Shown here: positions 13,590-26,122 of the stretch, piece after piece
Numbering within the stretch: position 1 is the stretch's first letter
Layout: each line of letters begins with the position of its first letter
DNA from: the human T2T-CHM13v2.0 reference genome, Homo sapiens
Reading direction: 5' to 3' (one strand)
DNA: 64,000 nt
Assembly: GCF_009914755.1 (NCBI RefSeq)
Contig: NC_060928.1
Notes under the pieces: model-generated
The model's database searches: none
What the model saw: only the letters and a program-made list of their open reading frames with translations
Told to the model about the DNA's origin: nothing
Position numbers and translations under genes: made by a program

Positions 13590-13930
13590 AAATAAATTAT
13601 GTCAGGCTAATCTAAATTTTTTGATGAAGTAACTAATTTATGAAAAGGCATAATTTATCTTGATTTTTGCAATGCTTTTGATAAAGCGTCTTTCAAAAAG
13701 CTTGTGAATAAGTCCCAATATATTGGCATTAGCATAAGATTGCTAAAATAGATGAGTAACTGGCAAACTAGAGAAGGTAATAATACACAGACAATAATTC
13801 TTTAGGGCAGAGTTGACAAGCAGGGTTCCCAGGGGCTCAGAATTCAGGAATAGTTTAAATAAGATTTATATCACTAATTTAGCAATAGGCTTACAGTTCG
13901 CCAGCAATGCAATCTGCTGATGACTTCTAG
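13590..13930 (+). mobile_element. Ancient CR1/L3-clade LINE reverse-transcriptase fragment
   Basis: Manual translation from about 13650 gives IIYLDFCNAFDKASFKKLVNKSQYIGISIRLLK*MSNWQTR, then agcagggttccccagggg (SRVPQG) and gctgatgac (ADD). This matches the CR1 RT motifs YLDFSKAFD, SGVPQG and FADD. Confidence 0.8.
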
Positions 13931-14769
13931 ATAGTAGTTTGAGATTCAGAGAAACATGGGGAAACAGCCATGAGTAAACAAGAAGGTCCTCAAAACAAAA
14001 TCATAATCTGAATTTGGAGTTTCAGGCTAAAGGAGCAGCTCAGTGGTAATGATAGAACTGAGTCAGAGGCAGGTGGACTTTATGTAGTGTTTGATTAGCA
14101 TTTATGTCTCTGTTGTTTAATGGGTTGTGCTCTGCAACTGAAAACCCGAAGCCTGGGGATTTTTTCAGATGTTCTAATATTGGTTTGAGTACTCCTCATC
14201 CCATGACAAATTTTTGGACTTCCAACCCTATCAGGCATTTGCTAGAAAATTCTTATCTCCTCTTATTAAGCCCTCTAATAAAAAACTAGCATTCCCCAGT
14301 CTACTTTGAGATACACAGAAATAAACTCTTTGTGCTTGAAGGTAAGATAACATATGATAGGAAGAAGTCAATATTTCTGACAAATTAGGCCTCCTCAAAC
14401 AATACCCTATGTGCTCTTCCTAGTAACTGATCTTTTTGGTGGCTTCCCATATATGATTCTGCAAAGCTTCCCCTATCAAGGGATATTCTCAGTAGCAGTG
14501 GCAGCTTTTCTGTTGGCAGTGGCTTTGAAGATTATTTTTCTTTTTATTTTATTTTATTTTATTTTATTATATGTTAAGTTCTAGGGTACATGTGCACAAC
14601 GTGCAGGTTTGTTACATATGTATACATGTGCCATGTTGTTGTGCTGCACCCAGTAACTCGTCATTTACATTAGGTATATCTCCTAATACTATCTCTCCCC
14701 GCTCCTCCCACCCCATGACAGGCCCCCGTGTGTGATGTTCCCCACCCTGTGTCCAAGTGTTCTCATTGT

Positions 14770-17700
14770 TCAATTCCCACCTATGAGTGAGAACATGCGG
14801 TGTTTGGTTTTCTGTCCTTGCGAAAGTTTGCTGAGAATGATGATTTCCAGCTTCATCCATGTCCCTAAAAAGGACATGAACTCATCCTTTTTTATGGCTG
14901 CATAGTATTCCATGGTGTATATGTGCCACATTTTATTTATCCAGTCTGTCATTGATGGACATTTGGGTTGGTTCCAAGTCTTTGCTATTGTGAATAGTGC
15001 CACAATAAATATACGTGTGCATGTGTCTTTATAGTAGTATGATTTATATTCCTTTGGGTGTATACCCAGTAGTAGGATGGCTGGGTCAAATGGTATTTCT
15101 AGTTCTAGATCCTTGAGGAATTGCCACACTGTCTTCCACAATGGTTGAACTAGTTTACAGTCCCACCAACAGTGTACAAGTGTTCCTATTTCTCCACATC
15201 CTCTCCAGCACCTGTTGTTTCCTGATTTTTTAATGATCGCCATTCTAACTGGTGTGAGATGGTATCTCATTGTGGTTTTGATGTGCATTTCTCTGATGGC
15301 CAGTGATGATGAACATTTTTTCATGTGTCTGTTGGCTGAATAAATGTCTTCTTTTGGGAAGCGTCTGTTCATATCCTTTGTCCACTTTTTGATGGGGTTG
15401 TTTGATTTTTTCTTGTAAATTTGTTTAAGTTATTTGTAGACTCTGGATATTAGCCCTTTGTCAGATGGGTAGATTGTAAAAATGTTCTCCCATTCTGTAC
15501 GTTTACTGTTCATTTTGATGGTAGTTTCTTTTGCTGTGCAGAAGCTCTTCAGTTTAATTAGATCCCATTTGTCAATTTTGGCTTTTGTTGCCATTGCTTT
15601 TAGTGTTTTAGACATGAAGTCCTTGCGCATGCATATGTCCTGAATGGTATTGCCTAGGTTTTCTTCTAGGGTTTTTATGGTTTTAGGTCTAACATTTAAG
15701 TCTTTAATCCATCTTGAATTGATTTTTGTATAAGGTGTAAGGAAGGGATCCAGTTTCAGCTTTCTACATATGGCTAGCCAGTTTTCCCAGCACCATTTAT
15801 TAAATAGGGAATCCTTTCCCCATTTCTTGTTTTTGTCACGTTTGTCAAAGATCAGATGGTTGTAGATGTGTGGTATTATTTCTGCAGACTCTGTTCTGTT
15901 CCATTTATCTGTATCTCTGTTTTGGTACCAGTACCATGCTGTTTTGATTACTGTAGCCTTGTAGTATAGTTTGAAGTCAGGTAGCGTGATGCCTCCAGCT
16001 TTGTTCTTTTGGCTTAGGATTGTCTTGGCAATGCAGGCTCTTTTTTGGTTCCAGGTGAACTTTAAAGTAGTTTTTTCCAATTCTGTGAAGAAAGTCATTG
16101 GTAGCTTGATGGGGATGGCATTGCATCTATAAATTACCTGGCAGTATGGCCATTTTCATGATATTGATTCTTCCTATCCATGAGCATGGAATGTTCTTCC
16201 ATTTGTTTGTGTCTTCTTTTATTTCATTGAGCAGTGGTTTGTAGTTGTCCTTGAAGAGGTCCTTCACTTCCCTTGTAAGTTGGATTCCTAGGTATTTTAT
16301 TCTCTTTGAAGCAATTCTGAATGGGAGTTCACTCATTATTTGACTCTCTGTTTGTCTGTTATTTGTGTATAAGAATGCTTGTGATTTTTCCACATTGATT
16401 TTGTATCCTGAGACTTTGCTGAAGTTGCTTATCAGCTTAAGGAGATTTTGGGCTGAGGTGATGGGGTTTTTTACATGTACGGTAATGTCATCTGCAAACA
16501 GGGACAATTTGACTTCTTCTTTTCCTAATTGAATACGCTTTATTTCTTTCTTCTGCCTGATTGCCCTGGCAGAACTTCCAACACTATGTTGAATAGGAGT
16601 GGTGAGAGAGGGCATCCCTGTCTTGTGCCAGTTTTCAAAAGGAATGCTTCCGGTGTTTGCCCATTCAGTGTGATATTGTCTGTGGGTTTGTCATCAATAG
16701 CTCTTTTTATTTTGAGTTACGTCCCGTCAATACCCAGTTTATTGAGAGTTTTTAGCATGAAGGGCTGTTGAATTTTGTTGATGGCCTTTTCTGCATCTAT
16801 TGAGATAATCATGTGGTTTTTGTCTTTGGTTCTGTTTATATGATGGATTACATTAATTGATTTGCATATGTTGAACCAGCCATGCATCCCAGGGATGAAG
16901 ACCACTTGATCATGGTGGATAAGCTTTTTGATGTGCTGCTGGATTTGGTTTGCCAGTATTTTATTGAGTATTTTTGCATCGATGTTCATCAGGGATATTG
17001 GTCTAAAATTCTCTTTTTTTGTTGTGTCTCTGCCAGGCTTTGGTATCAGGATGATGCTGGCCTCATAAAATGAATTAGGGAGTATTCCTTCTTTTTCTAT
17101 TGATTGGAATAGTTTCAGAAGGAATGGTACCAGCTCCTCCTTGTACATCTTGTAGAATTCGGCTATGAATCCATCTGGTCCTGGACTTTTTTTGGTTAGT
17201 AGGCTATTAATTATTGCCTCAATTTCAGAACCTGTTATTGCTCTATTCAGGGATTCAACTTCTTCCTGGTTTAGTCTTGGGAGGGTGTATGTGTCCAGAA
17301 ATTTATCCATTTCTTCTAGATTTTCTAGTTTATTTGTGTAGAGGTGTTTACAGTATTCTCTGATGGTAGTTTGTGTTTCTGTGGGATCGGTGGTGATATC
17401 CCCTTGGTCATTTTTTGTTGTGTCTATTTGATTCTTCTCTCTTTTCTTCTTTATTATTCTTGCTAGCAGTCTATCAATTTTGTTGACCTTTTCAAAAAAC
17501 CAGCTCCTGGATTCATTGATTTTTTTTGAAGGGTTTTTTGTGTCTCTATCTCCTTCAGTTCTCCTCTGATCTTAGTTATTTCTCCTGTGATCTTAGTTAT
17601 TTCTTGCCTTCTGCTAGCTTTTGAGTGTGTTTGCTCTTGCTTCTCTAGTTCTTTTTGTTGTGATGTTAGGGTGTCAATTTTAGATCTTTCCTGCTTTCTC

Positions 17701-18613
17701 TTGTGTGCATTTAGTGCTATAAATTTCCCTCCACACACTGCTTTAAATGTGTCCCAGGGATTCTGGTATGTTGTGTCTTTGTTCTCATTGGTTTCAAAGA
17801 ACATGTTTATTTCTGCCTTCATTTTGTTATTTACCCAGCAATCATTCAGGAGCAAGTTGTTCGGTTTCCATGTAGTTGAGTGGTTTTGAGTGAGTTTCTT
17901 AATTCTGAGTTCTAGTTTGCTTGCACTGTGGTATGAGAGACAGTTTGTTATAATTTCTGTTGTTTTATATTTGCTGAGGAGTGCTTTACTTCCAACTATG
18001 TGGTCAGTTTTGGAAGAAGTGTGATGTGGTGCTGGAAAAATTTATATTCTGTTGATTTGGGATGGAGAGTTCTGTAGATGTCTATTAGGTCTGCTTGGTG
18101 GAGAGCTGAGTTCAATTCCTGGATATCCTTGTTAACTTTCTGTCTCGTTGATCTGTCTAATGTTGACAGTGGGGTGTTAAAGTCTCCCATTATTATTGTG
18201 TGGGAGTCTAAGTCTCTTTCTAGGTCTCTAACGACTTGCTTTATGAATCTGGGTGCTCCTGTATTGGGTGCATATATATTTAGAATAGTTAGCTCTTCTT
18301 GTTGAATTGATCCCTTTACCATTATGTAATGGCCTTCTTTGTCTCTTTTGATCTTTGTTGGTTTAAAGTCTGTTTTATCAGAGACTAGGATTGCAACCCC
18401 TGTTTTTTTTCTTTTCCATTTGCTTGGTAGATCTTCCTCCATCCCTTTATTTTGAGCCTGTGTGTGTCTCTGCATGTGAGATGGGTTTCCTGAATACAGC
18501 ACACTGATGGGTCTTGACTTTATCCAATTTAGCAGTCTGTGTCTTTTAATTAGAGCATTTAGCCCATTTACATTTAATCTTAATACTGTTATGCATGAAT
18601 TTGATCCTGTCAT
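14770..18613 (-). pseudogene. L1 ORF2 (EN-RT-C), disrupted
   Basis: Fragments 17996-18613 (MTGSNS...IIMGDFNTPL), 17463-17855, 16717-17310, 16127-16615 (LFADD), 15430-16098 and 14770-15372, separated by frameshifts and stops. Confidence 0.95.
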
Positions 18614-18676
18614 TATGGTGTTAACTGGTTATTTTGCCCATTAGTTGATGCAGTTTCTTCCTAGCATTGATGGTCT

Positions 18677-19702
18677 TTACAATTTGGCATATTTTTGCAG
18701 TGGCTGGTACTGGTTGTTCCTTCCCATGTTTAGTGCTTCCTTCAGGAGCTCTTGTAAGGCAGGCCACGTGATGACAAAATCTCTCAGCATTTGCTTGTCT
18801 GTAAAGGATTTTATTTCTCCTTCACTTATGAAGCTTGGTTTGGCTGGATATGAAATTCTGGGTTGAAAATTCTTTTCTTTAAGAATGTTGAATATGGGCC
18901 CCCACTCTCTTCTGGCTTGTAGAGTTTCTGCCAAGAGATCTGCTGTTAGTCTGATGGGCTTCCCTTTGTGGGTAACATGACATTTCTCTCTGGGTACCCT
19001 TAACATTTTTTCCTTTACTTCAACTTTGGTGAATCTGACATTATGTGTCTTGGAGTTGCTCTTCTCGAGGAGTATCTTTGTGGCATTCTCTGTATTTCCT
19101 GAATTTGAATGTTGGCCTTCCTTTCTAGGTTGGGGAAATTCTCCTGTATAATATCCTGCAGAGTGTTTTCCAACTTGGTTCCATTCTCCCCGTCACTTTC
19201 AGGTACACCAATCAGACGTAGATTTGGTCTTTTCACATAGTCCCATATTTCTTGGAGACTTTGTTCATTTCTTTTTACTCTTTTTTTTCTCTAAACTTCT
19301 CTTCTCACTTCATTTCATTCACTTGTTCTTTAATCACTGATACCCTTTCTTCTACTGATCAAATCGGCTACTGAAGCTTGTGCCTGTGTCACGTAGTTCT
19401 TGTGCCATGGTTTTCAGCTCCATCAGGTCATTTAAGGTCTTCTCTACACTGCTTATTCTAGTTAGCCATTCGTCTAATCTTTTTTCAGGGTTTTTAGCTT
19501 CTTTGCAATGGGTTCGAACATCCTCCTTTAGCTCGGAGGAGTTTGTTATTACTGATTGTCTGAAGCCTTCTTCTCTCAACTTGTCAAAGTCATTCTCCAC
19601 CCAGCTTTGTTCCATTGCTGGTGAGGAGCTGCATTCCTTTGGAGGAGAAGAGGCACTCTGATTTTTAGAATTTTCAGCTTTTCTGCTCTGGTTTGTCCCT
19701 AT
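18677..19702 (-). pseudogene. L1 ORF1, disrupted
   Basis: Fragments 19352-19615, 19015-19236 (KRPNLRLIGVPE) and 18677-19006 (PIRLTADL, YPAK). The start codon reads ATA at 19702-19700. Confidence 0.93.
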
Positions 19703-20967
19703 CTTTGTGGTTTTATCTACCTTTGGTCTTTAATGATGGTGACGTACAGAGGGGTTTTGGTGTGGATGTCCTTTCTGTTTGTTAGTTTTCCTTCTAACAG
19801 TCAGGACCCTCAGCTGCAGGTCTGTTGCAGTTTACTGGAGGTCCACTTCAGACCCTGTTTGCCGGGGTATCACCAGCAGAGGCTGCAGAACAGCAAATAT
19901 TGCAGAATGGTAAATGTTGCTGCCTGATCCTTTCTCTGGAAACTTCATCTCAGGGGGGCACCTGGCTGTATGTGGTGTCAGTCAGTCCCTACTGGGAGGT
20001 ATCTCCCAGTTAGGCTACTTGGGGGTAGGGACCCACTTGAGGAGGCATTCTGTCCATTCTCAGATCTCAAACTGCATGCTGGGAGAACCATCACTCCCTT
20101 CAAAGCTGTCAGATAGGGACATTTAAGTCTGCAGAAGTTTCTGCTGCCTTTTGTTCAGCTATGCCCTGCCCCCAGAGGTGGAGTCTACAGAGGCAGGCAG
20201 GTCTCCTTGGGCTGTGGTCTGCTCCACCTGTTTTGAGCTTCCAGGCCACTTTGTTTACCTACTCAAGTCTCAGCAATGGCGGACACCCCTCCCCCAGCTT
20301 TGCTGTTGCCTTGCTGTTCGATCTCAGACTGCTGTGCCAGCAGTGAGCGAGGCTCCCCGGGTGTAGGACCCTCCAAGCCAGGCGTGGGATATAATCTCCT
20401 GGTGTGTTGTTTGCTAAGACTGTTGGAAAAGTGTAGTATTAGGGTGGGAGTGTCCCAATTTTCCAGGCACCATCTGTTACGGCTTCCCTTGGCTAGGAAA
20501 GGGAATTCCCCGACCCCTTGCACTTCCTGGGTGAGGTGATGCCCTGCCTGCTCTGTAGGCTGCACCCACTGTCCGGCAAGCCCCAGTGAGACGAACCTGG
20601 TACCTCAGTTGGAAATGCAGAAATCACCCGTCTTCTGCGTCGCTCACGCTGGGAGCTGTACCTGTTTGGCCATCTTGGAACCTTGAAGATTATTTTTCAG
20701 TGGTGATTATTCTGTAACAAAAACCCAGTCAATTTTTTTCAATATCTCATTAGCATAATCTCTCATTGATTACATCAGATCTGAAAGGTTACTCACAACC
20801 CTTTATGGTCCAAGATCCTTCGGCTGTTAAATTGCTCAACATCAATTTTTCCATTGACTCATCTCCAAAGGTAACTTACAGTAACATCTGAAATTTACCT
20901 TCTAGATTCCATTTCATGAGATTTCACAGCTTTTTGAAAGAACTTAAGATTGTTCACAACGAGTCTT

Positions 20968-21410
<443 letters not shown>

Positions 21411-22336
21411 AGGCTTAGAGAGAAAACAGAACTTTGGTGGCACATAGTTAGGAATTGACAGAGCTTGTATGAATTTTGTTACAACTATTTTCCTCTACAT
21501 GATATTCTAAGGACATATGTACAATGAAACTCTAGGATGTTTCAGATGACTATGTTCTCTGAGTCTTAAAAATGCCTCCCCAAGTGGCATATCTAACAAC
21601 AGAAGGATGTGATTTTGCAGCCTAAGAAATACCCAGTAGGGAAGGGGAAACCTCTAGAAATCACAGCAGAGCAGTGTGGAAAGTCTTGCAGAATTGTCAC
21701 GATACCTGAGGGACACACCTAAGGTGATACAGTTTTGTATTAACAAAGATGAGGTTACTTGTCTATGTGAGTGTCATGAACTGCCCAACCCTCATTGCTA
21801 CGGTAATTGAATACATGCTGGCTGAACAAAATGTTCTTGTTTTTTAATGGTTGTTTTGTTTCCTTATGGTCACAGCCTGGAGATTTGGAAGGGCAAAAAT
21901 TTATAGAATGAAATCAAGGTATTTCTTCATGAACTTTGTTCTGAATCAAGGAAAATCATGCATCTGTTTTACAAATCTTCATAAGCAATACTGTATTTGG
22001 TTCTAAATATTGAGTGTAATTAAGGTGTTACAAATTGGTGAATGATGCTGAAAATGACTGTAAAATTTATTCAAAAATCAGAATAACTATTTTTGTAAGG
22101 AAGGATTCAAAAATGAATACATTTATGTCTATAAAATGCATTTTAAACAGGCTAAAGAGATATGACTGCACCTAACAATTATAAAAGGATAGTAAATAAA
22201 AACTGAATATAAAGAGGAAGGAAGAGCTATTGCGAAAACCTGAGCTGAGGAAAAGTACCAATTTCAACTGTTTAATTGTGTGGCTGGAGTAAAGCTGAGG
22301 TAAACATGGTCAGGTCCAAAATATAAACACGTAAAT

Positions 22337-22410
22337 TACATATGTAACTAACCTGCACAATGTGCACATGTACCCTAAAACTTAAAGTATAATAAAAAAA
22401 AAAAAGAAAA
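22337..22410 (+). mobile_element. Extremely 5'-truncated young L1 tail (L1PA2-like)
   Basis: tacatatgtaactaacctgcacaatgtgcacatgtaccctaaaacttaaagtataat followed by poly-A. Confidence 0.9.
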
Positions 22411-22441
22411 GTAGAAAAACCTTTAAAAAGTAATATGAGTC

Positions 22442-22898
22442 TCTCATCCTAAAAGGAAGAAGCTGAAGCATAAAATATGATTTAAAGAGTTTATCTGAGC
22501 CAAACTGAGGAGAGCTGCTCAGAAGACTCAGCCTAAGTCCCCTTGGATATGAGCTTTCTTTGACCTTTGTTACAGAGAGGTTTTTAAAGGCAAAAAAATG
22601 GGGCAAAGGGAATGGGCTGATACAAAGATTTTTGTCAGGGATTCTCACTGGTTCATAGAAATAACATTGATTACTAATTGGCTATACATTATTAAGCTAC
22701 ATTGTGTGGTTATGGTTTCAGTGCAGCATTATTTGGTTAATTATACCGACTTGTGACAATAGCCTGTAGTTTCAAAAGATGAAAACAGCTCAAAAAGGGG
22801 GAGGTATGCGGTGATTGCTGTCTTATTTTAATGACTTTCTGGGCCTGATAATTTGAAAGAGCTCATATTTCTCAGATAAAAGTTGTTTTCTTTCCTCA
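22442..22898 (-). mobile_element. ERV1 (MER4-group, LTR24/LTR56-like) solo LTR
   Basis: Minus strand begins tgaggaaagaaaacaacttttatctgagaaat; contains CCAAT-like tagccaat and a tttaaaaa TATA-like box; flanks agtc/agac resemble a 4-bp TSD. Confidence 0.7.
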
Positions 22899-23250
22899 AG
22901 ACCATACATAAATTCCTTAAGGAGCTGTCAATGTGAAAATTGCATCATTGGGTATTTCAAATTGTCCTAAATTTGCTATTGATCCATTCATAGTTTTCTT
23001 TACCCACCTATTTTTGTCTAGAGGTTTTCTCCTAAGGTAACTGCTCCACCAGAATTCTAGGATCTCTTTTTGCCTACCTCCTGTTAAAAATCTTTAATTT
23101 TCATTGTGTGGCATAACTCTTTTTCCCACTTACCTGTCCACTTTGAAAAAGTTCTCTAGTGTGTAAATTAATGTAGTAATTGGGTTCAGGACATGCTACC
23201 CTGATTTATAACTGCAGGAGACTAGAATATGCCACCTCAAAATATGTCTC

Positions 23251-26076
23251 TGTAACCAAAATGTAGGTTCAGTCATTCACCACTTACAGAGTCCAATTAA
23301 CGAGAGCAAAGTCTGGTATGAAGAAAATGACTTTGATTCCAAAGTTAGCTTAGGGGAAGGATTATGGGCTCCTGCCTTAAGGGTACTGCTTTAGTTTTGG
23401 AGCAGAAAGTAGGCACTTTAAAAAGGACACTCGGCATGAATGGCACACAGGGAGAAAAATTCAGGTGGGAGTCTGTGTGACACACTTCAGTGCTTTATCT
23501 CCTGGGCGGTAAAGGTGGCACCAATGTGGGCAGAACTATGTTATACTTTTGGTTGTAAACTGATTATCATCTCTTGAGGCAATCTCCTGGTAGGAGAGCA
23601 TTCTGCTCTGGAGCTTTTAAGTAAGCACACAGTTAGATAAGCTTGCCTTGTAGGGAGTGTCTCGTGAAGGGAAGGTAAAATGTTATAACTACATGTCTAA
23701 AGAGCTAATTAGGAAGTGGGGATCTGAGAAAGAGAAGATAAAAGAGAAAAAGGCTAAACTATTGCTTGGAAAATGGGGGTACTCGGTTATAATTCCCCAC
23801 TGTCAGGTTTTATGCCATTTCTACGAGATTTGGGTACCATATTTATTCTGGCTACTTCCTGCTGAAAGGGGCATAGTTATTGGATATCAGTATGAAACTG
23901 ATCTATTTGGAGTTGGAAATATTCATAAGTATGAGGACTTAAAAATGATATTTGTTGGACAATGATGGTATGAGGTCTGGAAAGTTTCTGGGAAAGCCTG
24001 TTTTGCATTCCCATATAGAGGGTGCAACAGCAGTAAAATCTACAGCAGAGAAATATGCCTGTTCTTGCAACCAGAGCCAAAGTTACAAGTAGCATTCACC
24101 ACCAGGATGATCCTGACCCAAACCAGGATTCTAATCATTGATCTAGTGACAATATGGGGTGAAGACAAAGCTTTGATTTGTTGGCATATGTCTCACAGGG
24201 GTATCAAGACATTTCCCAAATTACCTAGGAAGTATACATTGCAGTTAGTCTTAATTATCATGCAGGTTCCCCAATGCCAGTTGTAACTGGACCTCCTATG
24301 AAGATTTGATGACAGGTTGATTAAATATGTATTTAGTAGGTTACAGGAGGAGCTATGAATGTTCATGAAGGTGGTCATAACCTCTGTCCAGTTCTTGAGT
24401 ATGAATCAATAGCTGTTTCCAATCTAGGAGGTTGTGTTACAGACGGGGTGGGCCTCTGTATGTGATAAACATAAACAGATTTTTAATAAGACGTATTTTT
24501 ATGGAAATAGAAGAAAAACAAAGGTTAATGTTTGGCACAATTTATCCAAATGTTGGACTCAAAGCATCATTAGTGCTTTGAGGGAGGCAGTGGTAGTCTG
24601 ACATGTTTTTCTCACCTGTATTACAAGAAATAAGGTAGTAGTAATTTCATTGATTCCAAATTAGAAAAATGGAAGAAAGATTCAAATGCATTAGAGACTT
24701 GTAGCAAAGAAAGAATTAAAGATTTAGTCCAAATTGCAGAAAATAATAAAAATTTAAGTACAATGAACAAGACTAGAATCTAACAACAGGTATACTGTAG
24801 TATTTTTCAGAAACATAGGTTTTCTTTCTGTAGCCTGTTTTTACTAAAAACAACTCATAGTAGGACAAATTTATTTGCAAAATAAGTTTTAGTCTTATGA
24901 TGCTTGGCCTGATTATTTTCATGAAGTGCAGAAAAAAATAGTTATCTACCATATAGGATCCCTTTAAAATTGGCTTTGCTGGAATTCTTATTTATGAGGA
25001 ATTATGGATTAGACTTTTTAAAGCCTCAAGCCCAGCCATGAATTTATTTATGCCTACCAATACCTGTATGGATTAAGTGAATTCCTCTCCTCTCAAGGTC
25101 CCAAGATAACTTGTGGCTCCTAGGTTTGTTGGAAAGTGACATTCTTTACTTACTACAGGTCATGAACCCTGTATAGGGACTGTGTAGATAAGATATGAAG
25201 CCAGTTTTTCCAAGGGGCTTTTATTGACTCTAAAAGTTCATCTTGATCCCTTAGAGTAGTCTGTTTGTATCTGAAAGCATGCTATTCCAGTCAAAGCATT
25301 GGTAAAAAAAAATCCAGTGTTTCTAATTATGTCCTGTTATGAAAGAGAACAGATTAAATTAAGTATATTTACAAATAGCTTTCAAATTTTTGAGAAATCA
25401 GGTAGAAAGAAAGTAATATGCTTAAAATTTTGCTCACAGAAGTGTACTTTAGCCAACTGTTAAAAGCTGTAAATAGGTCAAAACAGAAAAGGTTTCTGGA
25501 CTCTGAAAAACAAAAAAATTAGCAATGCTAATTATAAAATGGTCTGATTGGCTTTGGGTTGCCCACCAGCCTCAGGAGAATGTCCTTGCAGTAAAATACA
25601 TGGTAAAAACATTATACTCTCTGGTCCCATGGTCTTCACCTCTTTTGAGAGGTGTAAATATGGGATCCTTAATTTGGGGAATCTGTTTCGCCTTTCAGCT
25701 ATACCTGCTTATTAGGCCCTAGAAACTGCATGCTTTCCTAGTTTTTTTCCTTAAAATTCTCCACCAGTAATTTAATGCCAGTAATTTAATTAACTTACAT
25801 CTTTAAGACAATCTACCTGTGTAAGAGTGTCTGCTTTTTCTGGCCATCTTAACTGAAATGTTATTCACACTATTTTTGCTTGGTTTGGGTAAAATATGAA
25901 TTCTCTATCTTGTTTCACCTAAGAGTTGGCCTTTTAGTAATAAAAATTTAGAGCTCCCTAGCTGACAATCAGGACAGAGAACAGGTAATTAAAAGACTGA
26001 TAATCGAAAATGAGAAAGAGAAACTTAAAAACTGACACATGAAAAATCTTAAAACTACCAAATCTGCTTTTGTTTG

Positions 26077-26122
<46 letters not shown>

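Larger units (their letters stand above)
14541..20682 (-). mobile_element. Full-length L1 (L1PA6-like) with 16-bp TSD
   Basis: About 6.14 kb with 5'UTR (minus strand begins ggttccaagatggcc), ORF1, ORF2, 3'UTR and poly-A. TSD TTGAAGATTATTTTTC at 14525-14540 and 20683-20698. ORF1 peptide SVITNSSELKEDVRTHCKEAKN is of L1PA6 type. Confidence 0.97.
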
